From an uncultured Gemmatimonadales bacterium (GTDB taxonomy: Bacteria > Gemmatimonadota > Gemmatimonadetes > Longimicrobiales > RSA9), in the NCBI GenBank assembly GCA_963728445.1, contig CAVSJO010000006.1, positions 1,279,138 to 1,343,137 on the forward strand: DNA of 64,000 nt, given 5' to 3'. The first letter of the stretch is position 1. Every line of letters starts with the position of its first letter. The notes below the pieces were generated by a model that had not been told where the DNA came from, searched no databases, and saw only the letters and a program-made list of their open reading frames with translations. This document shows, piece after piece, positions 49,969 to 60,901 of the stretch. The translations under genes and the position numbers were made by a program.

Positions 49969-51348
49969 ATGCCATACACCGTCGTCCTCGCCTACTCCGG
50001 CGGGCTGGACACCTCGATCATCGTGCCGTGGCTGAAGGAGAAGTACGGTGCGGACGTGGTCTGCATGGCCGCGGACGTGGGGCAGAAGGAGGAGCTCGCG
50101 GGCCTCGAGGCGAAGGCGCAGTCGCAGGGCGCGCGCACGTGCGTGGTGGCGGACCTGCGGGAAGCGTTCGTGACGGAGGCGATCTGGCCGACGCTGCGTG
50201 CGGGGGCGATCTACTCGCGGACGTACCTGCTGGGCACGTCGATGGCGCGGCCGATCATCGCCCGGGCGCAGGCGGAGTACGCCATGAAGATCGGGGCACA
50301 GGCGCTGGCGCACGGGTGCACGGGCAAGGGGAACGACCAGGTGCGCTTCGAGCTGAGCTACGCGGCGTTCGCGCCGGACCTGGAGGTGATCGCGCCGTGG
50401 CGGGAGTGGCACATCCGGTCGCGGGAGCAGGCGATCGACTATGCGGCGGAGCGCGGGATCCCGGTGGCGGCGACGAAGGAGAAGATCTTCTCCCGGGACC
50501 GCAACCTGTGGCACGTCTCTCACGAGGGCGGTCCGCTGGAGGACCCGTGGTACGAGCCGCAGCCGGACCTGTTCATGCTGACCACCGCGCCGGAGGACGC
50601 GCCGGCGAAGCCGCAGTACGTGGAGATCGGATTCGAGGAGGGCTATCCGATTTCCGTGGACGGGCAGGTGCTCGGGCCGGTGGCGCTGGTGGAGCTGCTG
50701 AACGAGATCGCGGGCGCGCACGGTGTGGGCCGGGCGGACATCGTGGAGGATCGGCTGGTGGGAATGAAGAGCCGGGGCATCTATGAGACGCCGGGCGGTA
50801 CGCTGCTCTACACGGCGCACCGGGAGCTGGAGCAGCTCGTGCTGGATCGCCGGACGCTGTCGCTCAAGGACGAGCTGGCCGACCGCTACGCGGACCTGGT
50901 CTACGAGGGCCGGTGGTGGGGCACGGAGCGAGAGGCGCTGGACGCGCTGGTGGACCGGACGCAGGAGCGGGTCACGGGCACGGTGCGTCTGAAGCTGTAC
51001 AAGGGTGCGGCGGCGGTGGCGGGTCGCAGGGCCGCGCAGTCGCTCTACGATCAGGACCTGGCGAGCTTCGGTGAGGAGGCGGTCTACGATCACGCGGACG
51101 CCGCCGGCTTCATCCGTCTCTTCGCGTTGCCCACGCGGGTGGAGGCGAAGCGGCGTGGCGCGGCGGGCTTCCCGTTCCGGACCCCGGAGCTTCCGGCCCC
51201 GTCACCGAACGGCAACGGCAACGGCAACGGCCACAAGGCTTCTTCCACCCGGGCGATGCCGGCCCCGCAGCGGAGCGCGTGGCGCACGGGTGGGGGCTAC
51301 GGCAGCGGGACCGCCGCGGAGGCGCTGGAGATCGAGGCCCTGGGCTGA
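49969..51348 (+). CDS. argG: Argininosuccinate synthase with C-terminal low-complexity extension
   Basis: [13 protein letters not shown]-loop-like motif; full ArgG core followed by ..[11 protein letters not shown].. tail. Confidence 0.9.
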   Translation: MPYTVVLAYSGGLDTSIIVPWLKEKYGADVVCMAADVGQKEELAGLEAKAQSQGARTCVVADLREAFVTEAIWPTLRAGAIYSRTYLLGTSMARPIIARAQAEYAMKIGAQALAHGCTGKGNDQVRFELSYAAFAPDLEVIAPWREWHIRSREQAIDYAAERGIPVAATKEKIFSRDRNLWHVSHEGGPLEDPWYEPQPDLFMLTTAPEDAPAKPQYVEIGFEEGYPISVDGQVLGPVALVELLNEIAGAHGVGRADIVEDRLVGMKSRGIYETPGGTLLYTAHRELEQLVLDRRTLSLKDELADRYADLVYEGRWWGTEREALDALVDRTQERVTGTVRLKLYKGAAAVAGRRAAQSLYDQDLASFGEEAVYDHADAAGFIRLFALPTRVEAKRRGAAGFPFRTPELPAPSPNGNGNGNGHKASSTRAMPAPQRSAWRTGGGYGSGTAAEALEIEALG

Positions 51349-52820
51349 TGCAGGGGAACGCGGAGCTGGAGTCCCGCCGGGAGGAGGGGGCGGCGGACTC
51401 CGGTACCGGAGGGGGCTCGCCGGGCGGCGCTTCGGGCGCTTCGTCCGGCGAGCCCCGGCGTCTCTGGGGCGGCCGCTTCGAGGGCGGCCCCGCGCCGTCG
51501 CTGGACGAGCTGAACCGCAGCCTGTCCGTGGACGTCCGGCTGTGGCCGGAGGACGTGGAGGCCAGTCGTGCATGGGCCCACGCCCTCGCGGATGCGGGTG
51601 TCATCGGTCGGGACGAGGCCCGGGCACTGGACGCGGGGCTGCGGCGCGTGGCGCAGCGACTGACCGACGGCGCCGCGGCGAGCGCGCCGGACGAGGACAT
51701 CCACAGCCTCGTCGAGCGGTTGCTGTACGAGGAGGCGGGGGACGTCGCCGGGAAGCTGCACACGGGCCGGTCGCGGAATGATCAGGTAGCGACGGATTCC
51801 CGCCTGTGGACGGTGCGCGCGGGCGGGCGCCTGACGGAGCTGCTGACCGGCCTGGAGCAGGCCCTCGTCACGCAGGCGCAGGCGACGACGGAGCTGACGA
51901 TGCCCGCGTACACGCACGTGCGCCGGGCGCAGCCGGTGCGCGTCGCCCACTGGCTCCTCGCCCACTTCTGGGCCCTCGAGCGGGACCGGGAGCGGCTCGA
52001 GCAGGCGCTGGAGCGGGTGGCGACGCTGCCGCTGGGCTCGGGCGCGATCAGCGGGTCGGGCTTCCCCGTCGATCGGGTGCTGCTCAAGGAGATGCTCGGA
52101 TTTCGGGCGATCTCGCCGAACTCCATGGACGCGGTGGGCGACCGGGACTGGGTGGCGGAGCTCGTCTTCGTGCTCACCATGACCGCGGTTCACCTGTCGC
52201 GCATGGCCGAGGACCTGATCCTCTTCTCGTCCGACGAATTCGGGTTCGTTCGGCTGCCGGAGGCGTACACGACGGGTTCGAGTCTGATGCCCCAGAAGCG
52301 GAACCCCGACGGCCTAGAGCTGGCCAGGGGGAAGGCGGCGCGGATGGTCGGCGACGTCGCGTCCGCGCTTGCGATGCTGAAGGGCCTGCCAACCGGCTAT
52401 CAGAAGGACCTCCAGGAGGACAAGGCGCTGCTGTTCCGCGTCTTCGACGACCTGCTCGCGCTGCTGCCGGCGACGCGGGAGACCGTGTCGGGGCTCGAGT
52501 GGAACGCGGAGGTGCTGCTGGCCGCGGCGTCGGATCCGGCGCTGCTGGCGACGGACCTGGCCGATGAGCTGGTGCGCCGTGGCGTACCGTTCCGGGAGGC
52601 GCACGGCGTGGTGGGGCGGCTGGTGCGGCGGGCCGAACGGGCGGGCGGGACGCTGGCGGACCTGACGGCTGACGAATTGGTCGCGGAGCACCCGGCCTTC
52701 GCCGGCGCCGCGGTGGATCTGTCGCCCGAGGCGTCCATGGAGGCGCGCAGTCTGCCCGGCGGGACCGGCCGTGCGAGCATCGAGGCCCAGCTCCTGGAGG
52801 CCCGGCGACGGCTCGCGTAG
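51348..52820 (+). CDS. argH: Argininosuccinate lyase with ~40-aa Gly/Ser-rich N-terminal extension
   Basis: LWGGRF, GRSRNDQV, GSSLMPQKRNPD signature; TGATG overlap with argG. Confidence 0.9.
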   Translation: MQGNAELESRREEGAADSGTGGGSPGGASGASSGEPRRLWGGRFEGGPAPSLDELNRSLSVDVRLWPEDVEASRAWAHALADAGVIGRDEARALDAGLRRVAQRLTDGAAASAPDEDIHSLVERLLYEEAGDVAGKLHTGRSRNDQVATDSRLWTVRAGGRLTELLTGLEQALVTQAQATTELTMPAYTHVRRAQPVRVAHWLLAHFWALERDRERLEQALERVATLPLGSGAISGSGFPVDRVLLKEMLGFRAISPNSMDAVGDRDWVAELVFVLTMTAVHLSRMAEDLILFSSDEFGFVRLPEAYTTGSSLMPQKRNPDGLELARGKAARMVGDVASALAMLKGLPTGYQKDLQEDKALLFRVFDDLLALLPATRETVSGLEWNAEVLLAAASDPALLATDLADELVRRGVPFREAHGVVGRLVRRAERAGGTLADLTADELVAEHPAFAGAAVDLSPEASMEARSLPGGTGRASIEAQLLEARRRLA

Positions 52821-52973
52821 ATACGGCGGCGGGCGGCGCGAGCCGGAAGCTGCGCGGCGCCTTCTGTTGACGGCTGGCGACGTCGTCGCGGGGTCGCCTG
52901 CTCTTGCCTCGGCCTCGGTGCCCGCCTAGGATTCGCCCGATCCATCGCCTACCGACAACGGAGCGAACGTCCC

Positions 52974-53123
52974 ATGAGCACAGCAGCGATCGTCACCATG
53001 ATCGTGATCGCCGGCTTCGTCTGGGGCGGTTTCATCCTGATCCTTATCGCCGCGTTCCGGAAGGAGCGCGCGAAGGACGCCGACACGCCGACGCAGCCCG
53101 CGTCGGCCGCCGGCGGCGGCTGA
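52974..53123 (+). CDS. Small membrane peptide, 49 aa (not in the ORF track, below 60 aa)
   Basis: GGAG 7 nt upstream; one TM helix; GC3 bias. Confidence 0.3.
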   Translation: MSTAAIVTMIVIAGFVWGGFILILIAAFRKERAKDADTPTQPASAAGGG

Positions 53124-53170
53124 GGCCGTCTGCCGGCGGGGACCTCGCACGCCAGCCCGACAGGAACAAC

Positions 53171-56100
53171 GTGCCCCGCAGGGACGACCTTCACAGCATC
53201 CTCCTCATCGGCTCCGGCCCGATCGTCATCGGACAGGCCTGCGAGTTCGACTATTCCGGCACACAGGCGATCCGCGCGCTGAAGGAAGAGGGGTACCGGG
53301 TGGTGCTGGTGAACAGCAACCCGGCCACCATCATGACGGACCCCGACCTGGCCGACGCGACCTACATCGAGCCCATCACGGCCGAGTGGGTCGAACGGAT
53401 CATCGAGAAGGAGAAGCCGGACGCGCTGCTGCCCACCATGGGCGGCCAGACGGCGCTGAACGTGGCCCTCGAGCTGTACGAGAGCGGGGCGCTGGACCGC
53501 CACGGAGTCGAGCTCATCGGCGCCAACGACACGGCCATCCGGAAGGCCGAGGACCGGGAGGAGTTCGCCGCGTGCATGGCCAAGATCGGTCTGGCCGTGC
53601 CCCACGGCGGCTTCGCCCATTCCCTCGAGGACGCGCTCGGCATCATCGACGACACGGGCTACCCCGCCATCATCCGTCCGTCCTTCACCCTCGGTGGAAC
53701 CGGCGGCGGCATCGCCTACAACCTCGAGGAGTTCAAGGCGGCGGTGCTGCGCGGGCTGGACCTCTCGCCCATCAGCGAGGTCCTCATCGACCGCTCCGTC
53801 ATCGGCTGGAAGGAGTTCGAGCTGGAGGTCATGCGGGACGGCGCCGACAACGTCGTCATCGTGTGCACCATCGAGAACATCGATCCCATGGGCGTCCACA
53901 CGGGCGACTCCGTTACCGTGGCGCCGTCTCAGACGCTCTCGGACGTCGAGTATCAGCGCATGCGGGACGCAGCCATCGCCATCATCCGCGAGATCGGCGT
54001 CGAGGCCGGCGGCTGCAACATCCAGTTCGCGATCAACCCCGCCGACGGCGAGCTGCTGGTCGTGGAGATGAACCCGCGCGTATCCCGCTCGTCCGCCCTC
54101 GCGTCCAAGGCCACGGGCTTCCCCATCGCCCGCATCGGCGCGAAGCTGGCCGTCGGCTACCGGCTGGACGAGCTGCCGAACGACATCACGAAGACGACGC
54201 CGGCCTCCTTCGAGCCGACGCTCGACTACGTCGTCTGCAAGTTCCCCCGCTTCGCGTTCGAGAAGTTTCCCACGGCCAACCCCGTGCTGGGCGTCCAGAT
54301 GAAGGCGGTGGGGGAGGTGATGGCCATCGGTCGGACGTTCAAGCAGGCGTGGCAGAAGGGGCTCCGGGGCCTGGAAATCGATCGACCAGGCTGGACCGTG
54401 GGTGCGCGGCCGGTGGACGACCGGCTGGCGGACGACGAGCTGGACACCCTGCGCGCCGCGCTGCGGCGCCCCACCGCGGAGCGCCCCTTCCAGATCAAGC
54501 GCGCCCTCGAGGCCGGACTCACCATCTCCGAGATCCACGAGCTGACGTTCATCGATCGGTGGTTCCTGTCCCAGCTCGCCGAGCTCGTCGAGGCGGAACG
54601 GTGGTTCAGTGGGCTGGCGGCTGAGGCTGAGGCTGAGGCTGAGGCTGACATTGCCGACGATAATTCCCGGGGCCCCAGCCTTCGCCTGAGCGCGTCCGCG
54701 CTCAGGCGAATGAAGCGCCTCGGTTTCTCCGACCGGCAGCTGGCGGACCTGCGTGGCGTCTCCGAGGGGGAGATCCGGGAGCTGCGGCACGCCCTCGGGA
54801 TCCGGCCCACCTATCACGTGGTGGACACGTGCGCGGGCGAGTTTCCGTCCTCGACCCCGTACCTCTATTCCGCGTACGAGAGCGAGTCGGAGTCGGAGCG
54901 GACGGAGAAGCCGAAGGTCATCATCCTGGGCTCCGGTCCGAACCGGATCGGGCAGGGAATCGAGTTCGACTACTGCTGCGTCCAGGCCGTCCTCGCCCTG
55001 AAGGAGGACGGCTACGAGACGATCATGGTCAACTCGAACCCGGAGACGGTGTCCACAGACTTCGACATGGCGGACAAGTTGTACTTCGAGCCGCTCACCC
55101 TCGAGGACGTGCTGGAGATCGTCGAGCGGGAGAAGCCGGAGGGCGTGATCGTGCAGCTCGGCGGCCAGACGCCGCTGAAGCTGGCGGAGCCGCTGGCCGC
55201 GCTGGGCGTGCCGATCCTGGGCACGACGGTCGAGGCCATCGACCGGGCGGAGGACCGGGACCGGTTCGCCGCCCTGTGCCGGACGATTGGCGCGACCGTG
55301 CCGGCGAACGGGATCGCGACGAGCGCCGAGCAGGCGGTGAAGGTCGCGAGCGACGTCGGCTATCCCGTGCTCGTCCGCCCGAGCTACGTGCTGGGCGGCC
55401 GCGCCATGGAGATCGTCTACGACGAGGCGTCCCTGCTGGACTACTTCGATCGCGCGGTGCGCGCCTCGCCCGACCGGCCGGTGCTCATCGACCGGTTCCT
55501 GGAAGACGCATTCGAAGCGGACGTGGACGCGATCTGCGACGGCGAGAACGCCGTCATCGCGGGCGTCATGCAGCACATCGAGGACGCCGGCGTCCACTCC
55601 GGCGACTCCGCGTGCGTCCTGCCGCCGTACCTGCTCAAGGACCACGAGGTCGCCGAGATCGAGCGACTGACGCGCCGCTTCGCGAAGGAACTGGGCGTCG
55701 TCGGCCTGATCAACGTGCAGTTCGCCATCCGCGACGGCGTCGTCTACGTGCTGGAGGTGAACCCCCGCGCGTCCCGGACGATCCCCTTCGTCTCGAAGGC
55801 CACCGGGGTCCCGCTGGCCCGCAAGGCCGCGCGCGTCATGGCCGGGCTCCGGCTGTCCGACGTCGGGCTGGACGGAGACCTGGACGCGCCCCGCGGCGTG
55901 GCCGTGAAGGAGGCGGTGTTCCCCTTCAACAAGTTCGACGTGGACGTGATCCTCGGTCCCGAGATGCGCTCGACGGGCGAGGTGATGGGCTTCGACGACT
56001 CGTTCGGGATGGCCTTCGCGAAGGCGCAGGTCTCAGCGGGCGGCCCGTTGCCGACGCAGGGCGTCGTGGCAGTGACGGTGAACGACCACGACAAGCCCAA

Positions 56101-56485
56101 CGCCGTGCCGATCCTGCGGCGCTTCCACGAGCTCGGATTCCGCGTTCTCGCGACCGAGGGCACAGCCCGCTATCTGAACAACCGGGGCGTCCCGGCGGAC
56201 CGGATCTTCAAGGTGGGCGAAGGGCGGCCGCACCTGGTCGACGCCATCATCAGCGGCGAGATCGACCTGCTCATCAATACACCCCTCGGCAAGAAGTCGC
56301 AGTACGACGACTACGCCATGCGCCGCGCGGCCATCGCCCATCACACGGCCTACTGCACGACGCTGTCGGCGGCTTCCGCGGCCAGCGACGCGGTCATCGC
56401 CCTGCGCTCGCTGCGACCCCGCGTCACGAGCCTGCAGGCCCGCTACGCGACGGAGCCGGCCGAGCGGGCGCGCGCCGCCGGATAG
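53171..56485 (+). CDS. carB: Carbamoyl-phosphate synthase large subunit
   Basis: GTG start ([30 protein letters not shown]); two ATP-grasp halves; MGS-like domain; contains an in-frame EAEAEAEA insert. Confidence 0.9.
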   Translation: MPRRDDLHSILLIGSGPIVIGQACEFDYSGTQAIRALKEEGYRVVLVNSNPATIMTDPDLADATYIEPITAEWVERIIEKEKPDALLPTMGGQTALNVALELYESGALDRHGVELIGANDTAIRKAEDREEFAACMAKIGLAVPHGGFAHSLEDALGIIDDTGYPAIIRPSFTLGGTGGGIAYNLEEFKAAVLRGLDLSPISEVLIDRSVIGWKEFELEVMRDGADNVVIVCTIENIDPMGVHTGDSVTVAPSQTLSDVEYQRMRDAAIAIIREIGVEAGGCNIQFAINPADGELLVVEMNPRVSRSSALASKATGFPIARIGAKLAVGYRLDELPNDITKTTPASFEPTLDYVVCKFPRFAFEKFPTANPVLGVQMKAVGEVMAIGRTFKQAWQKGLRGLEIDRPGWTVGARPVDDRLADDELDTLRAALRRPTAERPFQIKRALEAGLTISEIHELTFIDRWFLSQLAELVEAERWFSGLAAEAEAEAEADIADDNSRGPSLRLSASALRRMKRLGFSDRQLADLRGVSEGEIRELRHALGIRPTYHVVDTCAGEFPSSTPYLYSAYESESESERTEKPKVIILGSGPNRIGQGIEFDYCCVQAVLALKEDGYETIMVNSNPETVSTDFDMADKLYFEPLTLEDVLEIVEREKPEGVIVQLGGQTPLKLAEPLAALGVPILGTTVEAIDRAEDRDRFAALCRTIGATVPANGIATSAEQAVKVASDVGYPVLVRPSYVLGGRAMEIVYDEASLLDYFDRAVRASPDRPVLIDRFLEDAFEADVDAICDGENAVIAGVMQHIEDAGVHSGDSACVLPPYLLKDHEVAEIERLTRRFAKELGVVGLINVQFAIRDGVVYVLEVNPRASRTIPFVSKATGVPLARKAARVMAGLRLSDVGLDGDLDAPRGVAVKEAVFPFNKFDVDVILGPEMRSTGEVMGFDDSFGMAFAKAQVSAGGPLPTQGVVAVTVNDHDKPNAVPILRRFHELGFRVLATEGTARYLNNRGVPADRIFKVGEGRPHLVDAIISGEIDLLINTPLGKKSQYDDYAMRRAAIAHHTAYCTTLSAASAASDAVIALRSLRPRVTSLQARYATEPAERARAAG

Positions 56486-56571
56486 GGCGCGGCGCCGGCC
56501 GCGGGTCCGTATTCCGCCGGCGGGTGACCGGTTGGGACGTCGCCCCTCGCACTTCCTCTCGGAGGTGATCC

Positions 56572-57012
56572 GTGAGCGCTCGTACATGGATCGGTGTCGG
56601 ACTGCTTCCCCTGCGAACCGGTCTCGGAGTGGTGTTCGCGATGCACGGATGGCTGAAGCTGACGGCCATGGGAATGGCCGGCACCGCGGCCTTCTTCGCG
56701 GGCCTCGGCATACCGATGCCCGGCGTGATGGCGCCGTTCATCACGTCGCTGGAGCTGTGTGGCGGCGCGGCGCTTCTGCTGGGGCTCCTGACGCGTCCGG
56801 CGGCGCTGCTCCTCGCCGCAGACATGGTGGCCGCCATCGTCTGGGCCAAGCTCGGTCACGGCTTCTTCGCGCCGCGCGGCCTCGAGCTGGAGCTGCTGCT
56901 GCTGTGCGGAACCCTGACGCTGGCGATCACGGGCGCGGGGGACCTGTCGCTGGACGCCCTGCTGGCCCGGCGGCGGCTGAGCGTGCCGCGGCCCGAGCCG
57001 GCGCAGCCGTAG
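56572..57012 (+). CDS. DoxX family membrane protein
   Basis: GGAGG RBS, GTG start; four TM helices; DoxX-like pattern. Confidence 0.7.
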   Translation: MSARTWIGVGLLPLRTGLGVVFAMHGWLKLTAMGMAGTAAFFAGLGIPMPGVMAPFITSLELCGGAALLLGLLTRPAALLLAADMVAAIVWAKLGHGFFAPRGLELELLLLCGTLTLAITGAGDLSLDALLARRRLSVPRPEPAQP

Positions 57013-57039
57013 AGGGCGGCGACCGGCCCGGTCGGAAGC

Positions 57040-57756
57040 CTACTGCCCCGGCGCGATCATCTTGAACACCATCACGGGCACGGCGGCCAGGAGCCAGATG
57101 AGCGCGGCGGCCGCGATGCCGCGGCCCTTCGAGACCTTGCCGAGCACGGCGAGCCCGATGGCCCAGATCGCTGCCTGCCAGATCGTGAAGATGTCGAAGC
57201 GTGACAGCAGGCCCTGAAGCACGGGCGAGGCGTCGGAGCCCCAGAAGCGCAGGATCCCGAAGGAAGCGTCGCGCGTCATGTCCACCACCCCGTCCCGGTT
57301 CGAGAGCAGGATGGACGCCGTGCGCGCCAGCGACTGCGGAATGCCGATGAAGCCCGAGAACACGGCGACGAGCAGCGCGCCCTTGAAGCCCACGGGCACG
57401 TCGAACGCCCGGGCGGCGAGCCACAGCCCGGTGGCGATCAGCAGCGTGAGCACGGCGACGGCGACGGGTACGATGATGCCGTTCACCAGGCGCAGGATTC
57501 CGCCCATGCGCTGCATGGCCTCGGCCGCCTGCGGGTTGCTGGCGGCCGCCGCCTGCATGGCCACGGTGTTCGCCGGCAGGGAGACGATGTAGAGCACGAC
57601 GGAAACGATGAGCAGGACGACGAAAGGCTGCACCCACTCCTCCGCCGTCCGCCGGACGAACACCTGTCCGGGCGAGACGAAGATGTCGATGTAGTCGTCG
57701 ACGCGGCTGGGCGCCTCCTGCTCGGCCTCCACCGATACGGGACCGACGTCGGTCAT
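57040..57756 (-). CDS. Yip1-family membrane protein
   Basis: Hydrophilic N-terminus then 5 TM helices. Confidence 0.65.
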   Translation of the reverse strand: MTDVGPVSVEAEQEAPSRVDDYIDIFVSPGQVFVRRTAEEWVQPFVVLLIVSVVLYIVSLPANTVAMQAAAASNPQAAEAMQRMGGILRLVNGIIVPVAVAVLTLLIATGLWLAARAFDVPVGFKGALLVAVFSGFIGIPQSLARTASILLSNRDGVVDMTRDASFGILRFWGSDASPVLQGLLSRFDIFTIWQAAIWAIGLAVLGKVSKGRGIAAAALIWLLAAVPVMVFKMIAPGQ

Positions 57757-57899
57757 GCGGGCCTCCTGGGAAGGGAGATGCGGGGTGCCGGAATATGGGA
57801 CGGAAAGGTGGGATTGGGGAAGGGGCCGGCGAGGGCGCGCCGCGGGCCGGCGGGGGCTCAGTCGTAGGCTCCGGGGCCGCAGCCGCGGGCCCCGGCGGC

Positions 57900-58259
57900 T
57901 CAGCCGCTGCTCGGGACCACCAGCGTGATCTCGTCGCCGGGGTCGACCATGACCTCCTCCGACACGGAAGTCGACACCTGTCCGATCGGATCGGCCAGGA
58001 ACTGGAGCGTCACGCCGGGAGTTACGACGGAGGCTGGAATCGTGAACGTCTCGGTCGTCAGCGCCGTCGCGGTACCGAGCCGCAGTCGCTGACCGCTCCG
58101 GACGACGTATACATTGACGTCCAGCGTGCGCTGGTTCTCGACCCGCAGGGTGGTGGCCGGCTGGCGGTTTTCCGGGGTCGTGCCCGCGCTCGCACAGGCG
58201 CCTGCGGCGAGGGTTGCCGCCAGCGCGATCGCGGGGAGCACGGCGACGTGACGTTTCAT
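57900..58259 (-). CDS. Small lipoprotein
   Basis: GGGAGA RBS; lipobox AGAC. Confidence 0.5.
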   Translation of the reverse strand: MKRHVAVLPAIALAATLAAGACASAGTTPENRQPATTLRVENQRTLDVNVYVVRSGQRLRLGTATALTTETFTIPASVVTPGVTLQFLADPIGQVSTSVSEEVMVDPGDEITLVVPSSG

Positions 58260-58408
58260 GGGGTCTCCCGTGTCCGGAGTCCGTGTTCGTACCGTTCGCA
58301 CGATCCGCACGTTCCGCGCCGGGGAGCCCCCGGTGACACGCTGGATTCGCAGACCACGTCGGCGCGAGCGCCGAGGATTACATTCGCAGAAACCCTGACC
58401 GCCGATCC

Positions 58409-60688
58409 ATGGTGCCGAACCGCCTGCCGCTCCTGAGGTCCGCCGCGCTCCTGTCCGCGGCCGTCATCGCCCTCCCGTCGGCGCTGGGAGCGCAGGAGCC
58501 GTCGAACGCCCCACGTGAAGCGGCCGCCGCCGCGCCCGTGTCCGCTGCCACGCCCATCGACGTCGAGACCGCGGCGCGGCCGACGCTGCGCGCCGCGAAG
58601 GTCGCCGGCATCGTCGTCGACGGGCGGCTGGACGACCCGGGCTGGGCGGCAGCGGCCGTCGCCGACCAGTTCTACCAGGCGCTGCCGGAGACGGGCATGC
58701 CGGCCACCGAACGGACCGTCGTGCGCGTGGTGTACGACGACGACGGCATCTACATCGGCGCGTTCTGCTACGACTCCCGGCCCTACGTCGTCAACAGCCT
58801 GGAGCAGGACTACGAGACCCACGACAGCGACGTCTTCGCCGTCACGCTGGACACGTACCTGGACCGGCGGGACTCCTTCATGTGGCTGGTGAATCCGCTG
58901 GGCGCCGTCAAGGACGGGCAGACGTTCAACGACTCCCGGGACATCAACCTGGCCTGGGAGGGGGTCGTGCGCATCGAGACGGCGAAGGCCGACTCGGGAT
59001 GGAGCGTCGAGATGCAGATCCCGTGGACCACGCTGCGTTTCCCCGCCCGGCCCGGCGAGCAGCAGTGGGGGCTGCAGTTCCTGCGGCGCATCCGCCGTCT
59101 GAACGAGGACGACTACTGGGCTCCTCTCGACCGCCGCGAGCACGTCCACAAGATGTCGCGCGCGGGTACCCTGACGGGGCTTCGGGATCTGAAACAGGGC
59201 CGCAACCTGTACCTGAAGCCGTACGTGAAGGCGGGGCAGTCCAGCGTCCCGGACGTCGTCCCCGAAGGGAGCCCCGTCCGTCCGGGCCTGCGGACCGACC
59301 GGTCCTTCGACGCCGGCTTCGACGTGAAGTGGGGGCTCACGCCGACCCTCACCCTGGACGGGACCTATAACACGGACTTCTCGCAGACCGAGGTCGACCA
59401 GGAGCAGGTCAACCTCACCCGCTTCAGCCTGTTCTACCCGGAGCTGCGCGACTTCTTCATCGAGAACAGCGGCGTCTTCACGTTCGGCGACGTGAACGAG
59501 CGGGACTACCGCATGGGCTCCTCCCTGTCGGATTTCACCCTCTTCCATTCGCGGCGCATCGGCCTGTCGGACGGACAGCCGGTCCCTATCGTCGGCGGAG
59601 GTCGGCTCACGGGCACGGCCGGGCCGCTCCAGGTCGGCTTCCTCGAGATGCAGACGGAGCGGGCCGCGGACGCGCCGCCGGAGAACTTCCTCGTCGCACG
59701 TCTGAAGCGGAACGTGCTGGGCAACTCGGACGTCGGCGTCATGTTCACGAACCGCGCGGCGACGGCGGACGGGGGACCCTCCAGCCGGAGCTACGGCGCC
59801 GACGCCAACATCCGGTTCCTTTCGAACGGGATCGTGAACGCGTACGTCGCGGCCACGGACGGGCCGCAGGCCGATACCGCCAACCTGGCGGGGCGCCTCT
59901 CCGTCGCCTGGCGCGACCGGTTCTGGGACGTGTCCGGCTTCGCAAAGCAGATCGGGGCCGGCTTCCAGCCGACCCTGGGCTTCGTGCGCCGGACCGGCGT
60001 GCACGAGTACTACGGCACGGCGGGCGTCCACCCGCGGGTGGAGCTCGGCCTCCTGTACGAGCTCAACCCCTACCTGTCGCTGGACCGCATCGCGGGCACG
60101 GACGGCTCGCTGCAGACGCGCGAGCTGACCGCCGGCCTCGACGTCGCCCTCATCACGGGCGGCAGCGTGAAGCTTAAGGGCGTGGACCATTTCGAGCGGC
60201 TGGACGCGCCGTTCACGATCGCGGATTCCGTGACGCTTCCCGTCGGCGACTACTCCTTCCGGGACGCCACGGCGACGTATTCACCCAGCGGCGCCCGCGC
60301 CCTGTCCGGCCGCTTCAGCCTCTCCTACGGCGACTTCTACGACGGCACGAAGACGACGTTCGGCTTCGGCGCGCTGTGGCGGGCGAGCCCGCAGCTCTCC
60401 ATGGACTTCACAGTAGACCACAATGCAGTGCGGCTGCGGGAGGGACGCTTCGACGCCGACGCCGCAGGCGCCAAGCTCGTCTACGCCTTCTCGCGCAAGC
60501 TCTTCACGAGCGCGTTCGTCCAGTACAACGGCACGCTGGACCAGCTCGTCACCAACCTGCGCCTCGACCTCATCCACGCCCCGCTGAGCGACCTGTTCGT
60601 GGTGCTGGTGGAGCGACGGGATCTGGGAGAGAGTCGGGTGCTGGAGAGGACGCTGGCGGTGAAGGTGACGAAGCTGGTGGGCTTCTAG
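58409..60688 (+). CDS. Outer-membrane protein, DUF5916 / CBM9-like N-domain family
   Basis: Signal peptide; beta-strand-rich; C-terminal ..KLVGF. Confidence 0.7.
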   Translation: MVPNRLPLLRSAALLSAAVIALPSALGAQEPSNAPREAAAAAPVSAATPIDVETAARPTLRAAKVAGIVVDGRLDDPGWAAAAVADQFYQALPETGMPATERTVVRVVYDDDGIYIGAFCYDSRPYVVNSLEQDYETHDSDVFAVTLDTYLDRRDSFMWLVNPLGAVKDGQTFNDSRDINLAWEGVVRIETAKADSGWSVEMQIPWTTLRFPARPGEQQWGLQFLRRIRRLNEDDYWAPLDRREHVHKMSRAGTLTGLRDLKQGRNLYLKPYVKAGQSSVPDVVPEGSPVRPGLRTDRSFDAGFDVKWGLTPTLTLDGTYNTDFSQTEVDQEQVNLTRFSLFYPELRDFFIENSGVFTFGDVNERDYRMGSSLSDFTLFHSRRIGLSDGQPVPIVGGGRLTGTAGPLQVGFLEMQTERAADAPPENFLVARLKRNVLGNSDVGVMFTNRAATADGGPSSRSYGADANIRFLSNGIVNAYVAATDGPQADTANLAGRLSVAWRDRFWDVSGFAKQIGAGFQPTLGFVRRTGVHEYYGTAGVHPRVELGLLYELNPYLSLDRIAGTDGSLQTRELTAGLDVALITGGSVKLKGVDHFERLDAPFTIADSVTLPVGDYSFRDATATYSPSGARALSGRFSLSYGDFYDGTKTTFGFGALWRASPQLSMDFTVDHNAVRLREGRFDADAAGAKLVYAFSRKLFTSAFVQYNGTLDQLVTNLRLDLIHAPLSDLFVVLVERRDLGESRVLERTLAVKVTKLVGF

Positions 60689-60895
60689 GGCCGCGGGCGC
60701 GACCATTGGGGCCGCGGGCGCTACGCGCCCGCGGGGCACCGGCGGCGGGGCCGCCGGGGCACGGCGCCCATGGCGCCGGGCACCGCCCTTCGGGCGGGGC
60801 ACCGCCTGCGGCGGGGGTTCCGCCCTGCGGGCGGGGACACTGCACGCTCGCTTCGCTTCGCGGGGGTTCCGCCCTGCGGGCGGGGGGGCTGGGAG
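60689..60895 (+). repeat. Copy 1 of the ~190-bp GC-rich hairpin-dense element (REP/MITE-like)
   Basis: About 95% identical to 62693-62880 over roughly 170 bp; contains the palindromes GCCGCGGGCGC..GCGCCCGCGG, GGCGCCTCCGGCGCC, CCGCCCTGCGGGCGG. Confidence 0.8.
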
Positions 60896-60901
60896 AGGAT
60901 C

